Below are positions 57,886-64,000 of a stretch of 64,000 bases of DNA, in pieces. The stretch is from the NCBI GenBank assembly GCA_000993115.1, contig LBVN01000001.1, positions 19,924 to 83,923 of the forward strand, given 5' to 3'. The position numbers were made by a program, and so were the translations under genes. Source of the stretch: Candidatus Woesebacteria bacterium GW2011_GWB1_38_8b. GTDB taxonomy: Bacteria; Patescibacteriota; Microgenomatia; UBA8517. Positions within the stretch are counted from its first letter, which is position 1. Every line of letters begins with the position of its first letter. The notes beneath the pieces were generated by a model. The model saw only the letters and a list, made by a program, of their open reading frames with translations. It made no database searches and was not told the origin of the DNA.

Positions 57886-57987
57886 TTATTGCATATCTCT
57901 AGCGAAATCCACAACTTTCAAGTTGTGGATGAAGCTAGAATCCAAACCTGGCGACAAAAACTACGCACTTTAGTGCGTAGCAGTTTA
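57886..57987 (+). repeat. Full-length double-hairpin element (IS200/IS605-end-like MITE or REP)
   Basis: atccacaact-ttca-agttgtggat hairpin + GAA; ctacgcact-tt-agtgcgtag hairpin + cagttta. Confidence 0.8.
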
Positions 57988-58470
57988 TCTTAGAGCCTTA
58001 AATAAATGCAGCTTTTGAATTGTGTGTGCAACCGCGATCCCAATAAGGCTACCAACTATCACATCGGAAATCGAATGAACGTTACTGAAAATTCTTCCCG
58101 CTGATATTAAGATAGCGCAGGCTATAAAAAATAATCCGGCTTTTTTGTTATGCAAATATACGCTTACCGCCAAAGCAAACGAAATTGCAGCGTGGTTTGA
58201 TGGAAATGAACCATCGCCGGGAATTGTTAATGTAAGTGGTGGTCTTCCGTCAAACTGAAATGGACGAAGTGTCGGAAAAAGCGTTTTTATTAGATAAACA
58301 ATTGAACCGGCAATTATAATTGAAAATATTGCGTGAAGTGCTTGTTCTTTTTTTATTTTACCGTCAATAAACCATAATATCCCAACACCAATAAACATCA
58401 GCCAAATTAATAAACTTGCAACAAAAGTTACGAAAAAAGAATTTTGTGCTGATAGGACTTCTGGATTCAT
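57985..58470 (-). CDS. PAP2-family phosphatase (BcrC-like undecaprenyl-PP phosphatase)
   Basis: K..FPTLRP, SFPSNH, GRIFSNVHSISDV. Confidence 0.9.
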   Translation of the reverse strand: MNPEVLSAQNSFFVTFVASLLIWLMFIGVGILWFIDGKIKKEQALHAIFSIIIAGSIVYLIKTLFPTLRPFQFDGRPPLTLTIPGDGSFPSNHAAISFALAVSVYLHNKKAGLFFIACAILISAGRIFSNVHSISDVIVGSLIGIAVAHTIQKLHLFKALR

Positions 58471-58726
58471 GATTTGTTAATTACAATTTTTGCTCAGAAA
58501 TTATTTGTATCAGGATAAAAACTCTTACCCTTTCTCGTCTTTACATATATAGATTATATAGCCAACTCAAAATAAAATAACAGTTTTTCATATAAATGAG
58601 GCTATATATCAATGTTTACAAGTGGTTTCAAAACCTACTTGTACAGACATCTAGAACAGCCTGTAAAACAAAATAAAATCAAACATTTTGTTTTAAACTT
58701 GCTATAGCAGTGATAATATACATACA

Positions 58727-59095
58727 ATGGGACTTAGGCACGATACTGCAAGAAGTTTTAAATATGCATTTTCCGGTATTAAAACCGCTTATAAAAATGA
58801 ACCGAATTTAAGAATCCATACTTTTTTTGCCATATTTGCGATTTCTCTCGGAGCCGCACTTGGAGTCAGTATTATTGAATGGCTCCTTCTTACATTTACA
58901 ATCTTTTACGTCATTACGCTTGAGCTTTTAAATACTGTCCTTGAGGCTATGGTAAATATGGTTAGCCCGGAAATTTCGCCTTATGCTCGGATTGCGAAAG
59001 ATGTATCCGCGGCTTGTGTTCTTCTGGCGGCGTTCATGTCGGTTATTGTAGGATTTGTAATATTCCTCCCAAAAATAATCTCTCTTTTTTACTAA
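58727..59095 (+). CDS. dgkA: DgkA-family diacylglycerol/undecaprenol kinase
   Basis: SFKYAFSGI, EPNLRIH, ELLNTVLE, AKDVSAA. Confidence 0.92.
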   Translation: MGLRHDTARSFKYAFSGIKTAYKNEPNLRIHTFFAIFAISLGAALGVSIIEWLLLTFTIFYVITLELLNTVLEAMVNMVSPEISPYARIAKDVSAACVLLAAFMSVIVGFVIFLPKIISLFY

Positions 59096-59838
59096 AGGGA
59101 TAAAGCAATAACAATTATTCCAAGCACCAAAGAGTAAACGGCAAAAAACTTAAACCGTCCCTTTTTGATAAATTCCATAACCAGTTTTATTGCAAGTAAT
59201 CCAAAAACAAAAGAAAAAACCAGACCGACCATATAATTTCCGTAATTTATTGAGCTGCTTCCGCCATATTTTAAAAGCTGCAGTAAATTTGCACCCATTA
59301 CTGCAGGCAGTGACAAAATAAATGAAAATTCTGCAACTTTTTCCTTATCAATTCCCAGAACCGATCCAGCAAAAATTGTTGAGCCCGACCGGGAAATTCC
59401 GGGTGAGATTGCTATAGCTTGGGCAATACCAATTAAAAAAGAGTTTTTTAAATTTATTTTGACACCGCGGTTTTTTACAACAGAGATTATATAACTCATT
59501 GCCGCATTAACTAGAAATTCAAATCCTACATATAAAGTACTGGCAAAAAGTTTTTCAAAAATATTATCAAATAAAAGCCCGACAATTACGGCAGGAATTG
59601 TAGCAATAATTAGAAACCAAAAATTATCAAAGATTAAACTAACGAGTTTTTTTCTAAAGTAAATTACAACGGCAACAAGTGTTCCGAAATGAAGTACTAC
59701 ATCAAATAATATTCCCGGTTGGGAAAACCCGGGAAGTATTTTCTGGAAAATTACCAGATGACCGGATGAAGAAACCGGTAAAAATTCAGTCAGACCTTGA
59801 ACAATACCCAAAATTGCCGAATTTACAATTTCCATCAT
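59092..59838 (-). CDS. uppP: Undecaprenyl-diphosphate phosphatase BacA/UppP
   Basis: LGIVQGLTEFLPVSSSGHL, PGISRSGST. Confidence 0.97.
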   Translation of the reverse strand: MMEIVNSAILGIVQGLTEFLPVSSSGHLVIFQKILPGFSQPGILFDVVLHFGTLVAVVIYFRKKLVSLIFDNFWFLIIATIPAVIVGLLFDNIFEKLFASTLYVGFEFLVNAAMSYIISVVKNRGVKINLKNSFLIGIAQAIAISPGISRSGSTIFAGSVLGIDKEKVAEFSFILSLPAVMGANLLQLLKYGGSSSINYGNYMVGLVFSFVFGLLAIKLVMEFIKKGRFKFFAVYSLVLGIIVIALSL

Positions 59839-59844
59839 GTTCTA

Positions 59845-60552
59845 CTATATATCAAAAGCAAAACTCTTCCAATTCTCCGGATTTAATTCATTTAATAAAA
59901 CAGCCTTTTTCAAATTATATTTCCCAACTTTAGTCCTTACCAAATCAGACAAATATGCACCAGTTCCGAGTTTTCTCCCTATATCTCGGGCCAAACTTCT
60001 TATATAAGTCCCGGATGAAACTTTAAATTTTACCGTGAGGATGGGAAAATTATATTCCATTAATTTTGTTTCATAAACCGTAATTTCTCTCGGTTTTAGC
60101 ACTACGTCCTTCCCGGCCCTGGCTAATTTATACGCTTCTTTACCCCCTACCTTTATCGCAGAATATATTGGTGGTGTCTGCATTTGCTTCCCCATAAAAC
60201 CCTTTAAAGTAGTACGTATTTTGGAAATTGGAATTTGGGATTCAATTAGAAATTCAGAATTAGAAATTAGTGATTTTCCGTCTGCATCCTCTGTATCCCT
60301 TTCTTCCCCTAAATAAATATCAGCTAAATACTCTTTATCCAACTTTAAAAACCTATCCAAATTTTTTGTTGATTCACGTCCAATTCCTAAAATTAATAGT
60401 CCCGTTGCGTTTGGGTCAAGAGTCCCCGCATGTCCGACCTTGATTCGCCGAAGCCTATGCAAAGGCGATTCATCCATAGAAATAATTTTTCTAACTTTCG
60501 CCACAACACCGTGCGAAGTAATCCCTTTCGGTTTATTAACTAAAATAAACAT
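59845..60552 (-). CDS. truB: tRNA pseudouridine(55) synthase
   Basis: NKPKGITSH, KVGHAGTLDPNATG, PPIYSAIK, SSGTYIRSLARD. Confidence 0.97.
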   Translation of the reverse strand: MFILVNKPKGITSHGVVAKVRKIISMDESPLHRLRRIKVGHAGTLDPNATGLLILGIGRESTKNLDRFLKLDKEYLADIYLGEERDTEDADGKSLISNSEFLIESQIPISKIRTTLKGFMGKQMQTPPIYSAIKVGGKEAYKLARAGKDVVLKPREITVYETKLMEYNFPILTVKFKVSSGTYIRSLARDIGRKLGTGAYLSDLVRTKVGKYNLKKAVLLNELNPENWKSFAFDI

Positions 60553-60577
60553 TAGCTATTTTAACAGATTCAAAAAG

Positions 60578-61261
60578 CTATTCCTCAAACACTATCGATT
60601 CTTGATTTGCTCCCAATTTTCCGAGAATTTCCTGCATACTCTCAACCATTTTCCACGGACCGCAAAGGTAAAAATTTTTGGAGAAATCATTAACGTGTTT
60701 TCTAAGTAAATTCTCGTTTATCCTTCCATACTCATAATCTTGCAATTTCTCCTGCGTCAAAACAAGGATCAAATTGCCTGTAGGAAATATTTTTCTTAAC
60801 TCTTCTTCGTAAATAATATCTCCATGCGTTTTATTTGAAAAAACCAGTTTATTGTTTCCAACTTTTCCCTCAGTCTTAAGCTGCCTGAAAATTGAAATAA
60901 ACGGAGTAATACCGGCCCCTCCTGCAATAAAAATACCTTCTTTCTTATAATGAATCGTTCCGAAAGACTCGCGAAGTATAAGCTCGTCTCCGACTTTTAA
61001 TTTATGCAGTTCCTCTGTCACACCTTTATGATTCGGGTATTGGCTAACAGGGTAACCTTTAATCGTAAATTCCAGATTTTCCCACTGGGGTAAAGAAGTA
61101 AATGTAAATGGATTGTGCTTATCTCTAAAACCATCCTTGTTAATTGCCAGCTCAACCGCTTGACCTGGCGTAAATAAATAACCTGAAGGTTTCTCCACTA
61201 AAAACCGTTTTACATTATGAGTTACTTCGGTAATATCTAAAATCTTTACAACAGATTCCAT
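60578..61261 (-). CDS. FAD/NAD(P)-binding ferredoxin/flavodoxin reductase-like oxidoreductase
   Basis: FTPGQA, PFTFTS, FIAGGAGITPF, YLCGP; ATG at 61261 preferred as start. Confidence 0.9.
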   Translation of the reverse strand: MESVVKILDITEVTHNVKRFLVEKPSGYLFTPGQAVELAINKDGFRDKHNPFTFTSLPQWENLEFTIKGYPVSQYPNHKGVTEELHKLKVGDELILRESFGTIHYKKEGIFIAGGAGITPFISIFRQLKTEGKVGNNKLVFSNKTHGDIIYEEELRKIFPTGNLILVLTQEKLQDYEYGRINENLLRKHVNDFSKNFYLCGPWKMVESMQEILGKLGANQESIVFEE

Positions 61262-61268
61262 TTTAAAA

Positions 61269-61658
61269 CTAGTTGTGATGCTCTGTTTTTTCGGCGGTTT
61301 CCGCTTCCTCTTTTGTCGCGTGCACTGTCCCATCAGGGTGATTAGGTGGGGCGTAAACTGTATACAGTTTTAAATCGGCGTCGGGAAGAGCATTAACAAC
61401 ATTATGCGCAGATCCTGCAGGAACAATAACCACATTTTCCTGTCCAGCCTCAATTTCTTCACCATCGATAAAAAATTTTGCCAAACCCTCTTCAACTCTG
61501 AAAAATTGATCCACGCTGTCATGTACTTCCATCCCAATTTCCTCTCCGGGCTTTAGGCTCATTACAACCAATTGCAAATGTTTTCCTGTATATAAAACTT
61601 TTCTGAAGTTGGAATTTTTCTTTGTGTCATCTTCAATATTTGTATGAAATGAACTCAT
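61269..61658 (-). CDS. Cupin-domain protein
   Basis: NFRKVLYTG, GEEIGMEVH..DQFF, VPAGSAHNV, YAPPNH; strong RBS. Confidence 0.92.
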   Translation of the reverse strand: MSSFHTNIEDDTKKNSNFRKVLYTGKHLQLVVMSLKPGEEIGMEVHDSVDQFFRVEEGLAKFFIDGEEIEAGQENVVIVPAGSAHNVVNALPDADLKLYTVYAPPNHPDGTVHATKEEAETAEKTEHHN

Positions 61659-61803
61659 ATAATCACCTCCACCTAAGAGATAACTCCGAAGGAGTATCTC
61701 ATGGTGCTACATTTGATGGCATAGCCTATCAAATTGTAGCTCTCAACTTGGTTTTAACTAACCGAGACCTTCAAACATTATAGTACATATGCTAAATTAA
61801 AAT

Positions 61804-63033
61804 ATGGGACTTAAATTTCGTAAAAATAAAATCGCAAGTGCAAAACTCCCCAAAGACAAGCATATTTTTGTAATCCTATTTTTAATTGCTGCAATTGGAG
61901 CAATGTTATTTCTATATTATGGCAAAATTCAATCGCTACAGAGTAGCTTGTCCAGCGCATATTCCGAAAAAGATAAAAATTACCAAGAGCTCACAAAAAT
62001 TGCTACTGACCTCGATACTCTAAAAAAAGAATATGACACCTTAAAAAACGAGGATCAGAAAAAGAAAAATGATGAACTTAAAAAAAATATAGATGAGATT
62101 GAAAAAACTTATGACAGGGCAGTTGGAATTTATGAAGATATTTTAGCTCTTAAAGAAAAGGGTGGAAAAACCACTGAGCTTGATAAATTATTTGCTGAGA
62201 GCTTAAAACAATTATCCGATCAAAAATATGCTGATGCAGATAAAACTTTAACTACACTCGCTACAAAAATAAAAGAGGAGGAAACAAAATTTGCGGCTAC
62301 ATTCACAATTCCTGCTAACGTTGCTGCAAGTAATACTCCTCCGGGAACGGGATATTCAAGGCAAACCGTTTCAACGGACTCGGGAAATTTTATGGTTTCA
62401 ATGGTCGCAGGTGACTTGGGATCAACTAAAGTAATTGTCGATACCGCATCGGACTCAGACTGCAGCAATAATTGTCCTGTTCTTCCTTTAGCAACTTATG
62501 TTTCCAGAAGCGGTGCATACGCCGGAGTTAATGGGAGTTATTTCTGCCCGGCAAGTTATCCGACATGCGCCGGCAAAACCAATACTTACGACCTGCTTCT
62601 TATGAACAAAAACAAAAATTATTTTAATTCCGACAATAATGTTTACAGTAATAACCCCGCAGTAATTTTTGGTGGAAGTTATGTTAGATTTGTGGGTGCT
62701 GCTTCATCCTGGGGCAGGGATACGGGAATTGATAGTATGATTTCGAATTACCCACTCCTGGTGTCGGGGGGAAATATAGCCTCAGGAAGCGCAAGTGACC
62801 CGAAAATGACAAGTAAAGGAGCGAGAAGTTTTGTCGCCAATAAAGGAAATACTGTTTACATAGGTGTTGTTCATAGCGCAACAGTACCCGAATCGGCAAA
62901 AGCCCTAAAGGCCTTGGGTATGGAAAATGCCCTTAATTTGGACGACGGTGGTTCAACCGCTTTATGGTCAGGGGGTTACAAAGTTGGTCCCGGACGGGAA
63001 CTTCCAAATGTAATACTTTTTATTAAGAGGTAG
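61804..63033 (+). CDS. Membrane-anchored coiled-coil protein with NAGPA-like phosphodiester glycosidase domain
   Basis: TM, coiled coil, AGVNGSYF, ARS, NALNLDDGGST, RELPN. Confidence 0.85.
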   Translation: MGLKFRKNKIASAKLPKDKHIFVILFLIAAIGAMLFLYYGKIQSLQSSLSSAYSEKDKNYQELTKIATDLDTLKKEYDTLKNEDQKKKNDELKKNIDEIEKTYDRAVGIYEDILALKEKGGKTTELDKLFAESLKQLSDQKYADADKTLTTLATKIKEEETKFAATFTIPANVAASNTPPGTGYSRQTVSTDSGNFMVSMVAGDLGSTKVIVDTASDSDCSNNCPVLPLATYVSRSGAYAGVNGSYFCPASYPTCAGKTNTYDLLLMNKNKNYFNSDNNVYSNNPAVIFGGSYVRFVGAASSWGRDTGIDSMISNYPLLVSGGNIASGSASDPKMTSKGARSFVANKGNTVYIGVVHSATVPESAKALKALGMENALNLDDGGSTALWSGGYKVGPGRELPNVILFIKR

Positions 63034-63421
63034 CGTGAGAGGAAAGATAAGCATCAACTTCTGCAACAATATCTTTTGGTTTATAGTTGGCTTTGAGTAA
63101 ATATTCGTTTGCACCCGCTGCGACAACTTCATCGATAACCACTTTGTCATCATTGTTGGTTAAAATAAATACAGGTGTTGTAGTATTGTGATTTTGGGTT
63201 GAGCGGATCTTTTTTAAGATATCAACTCCACTCATGTCGGGTAGCATCATGTCCAATAAAATTACACTGAAGGGTTCTTTTTCAAGTAAGCTTTCTGCCA
63301 AGTTACCATTATCGGTTGTCGATACTTCGTATCCGGCGCCTTGAAAAGCTCCGTCGTAAAGCTTGCGGATAAAAAAATCGTCTTCAACTATAAGTACTTT
63401 TTTCACTCGTAGGTACATCAT
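63023..63421 (-). CDS. Stand-alone response regulator receiver (CheY-like)
   Basis: VLIVEDD, ILLDMMLP, ILTN, GANEYLLK; start uncertain. Confidence 0.9.
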   Translation of the reverse strand: MMYLRVKKVLIVEDDFFIRKLYDGAFQGAGYEVSTTDNGNLAESLLEKEPFSVILLDMMLPDMSGVDILKKIRSTQNHNTTTPVFILTNNDDKVVIDEVVAAGANEYLLKANYKPKDIVAEVDAYLSSHATS

Positions 63422-63492
63422 ATTATTAATATTTTTGAAACACAAGAACAAGTTATTTGCATCCAAAGTAGTGATATAATTTGCTTTCGGAT

Positions 63493-64000
63493 ATGAAACA
63501 GGTTTTTTTCGATGTCGAAACAAAAAAATTATTTAACGAAATTCCCGACCAGGATCCGGGAAAACTTGAGGTTTCGGTAGTGTCTCTTTATTCAAGAACA
63601 GTGGATGAGGAGCAAAATGAAATTGAAGGAGAAATGCTGTCTTTTTGGGAGTCTGATTTTGATAAAATGTGGCCTTTTTTCCAAAACACCCAAAGAATTA
63701 TCGGATTTAATTCATTGAATTTTGATGTCCCTGCACTTCAACCTTATGCAGCTTTTCCTTTCAAAAAACTTCCTCATTTTGACATTATGGAAAAGTTTAA
63801 AAATAAATTAGGGCATAGGATTAGTCTTGATGCTATCGCAAAAGAAACTTTAGATAGGCAAAAAATTGATTCGGGGTTGGACGCGGTTTATTACTGGCGC
63901 AAAGGTAATAAGGAAAGCTTAGATAAACTAAAGCGCTACTGTGAAGACGACGTAAAAATTACACGGGATATTTACGATTTTGTTGTAAAGAGAGGATATC
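63493..64000 (+). CDS. RNase H-like/DEDD 3'-5' exonuclease-domain protein (partial)
   Basis: Read by eye: MKQVFFDVETKK...IIGFNSLNFD...HFDIM...SLDAIAKETL...YCEDDV; open to window end. Confidence 0.85.
   Translation, partial: MKQVFFDVETKKLFNEIPDQDPGKLEVSVVSLYSRTVDEEQNEIEGEMLSFWESDFDKMWPFFQNTQRIIGFNSLNFDVPALQPYAAFPFKKLPHFDIMEKFKNKLGHRISLDAIAKETLDRQKIDSGLDAVYYWRKGNKESLDKLKRYCEDDVKITRDIYDFVVKRGY

Noticed and set aside
61687-61773. yybP-ykoY Mn riboswitch on the plus strand (GAAGGAGTA...GAGACCTTC)
   Set aside because: Only partial resemblance: the GGGGAGUAGC/GC pairing and conserved L3 are missing, and the UUCG loop and RBS favour the minus strand.

Overview
This low-GC bacterial window uses genetic code 11. 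Its gene content (cohesin/PT-linker membrane proteins, short palindromes inserted in frame into housekeeping genes) suggests a Patescibacteria/CPR genome, probably Microgenomates; this is inference. (1) 1-3.5 kb: the end of an integrative element (large serine recombinase plus HTH) that appears to be inserted in the last codons of secA. (2) 8.1-41.8 kb, the main finding: a ~34 kb co-oriented, cellulosome-like locus. It has 13 tandem secreted enzyme-like proteins (glycoside-hydrolase-like, polysaccharide-lyase-like, SGNH-like, beta-propeller), each ending in a Pro/Thr linker and the same dockerin class. Five cohesin proteins flank them: two adaptors with different dockerins and three membrane-anchored cohesins. 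(3) 41.9-64 kb: housekeeping genes (rarA, serS broken by a deletion, lysS, greA with a terminator-containing leader, lon with a CIRCE, uppP, truB), a tRNA-Glu carrying a 1.3 kb integrase-less islet, and a family of double-hairpin mobile palindromes. One palindrome copy is inserted in frame in a cohesin signal peptide. All domain calls come from motif recognition by eye, not database searches.
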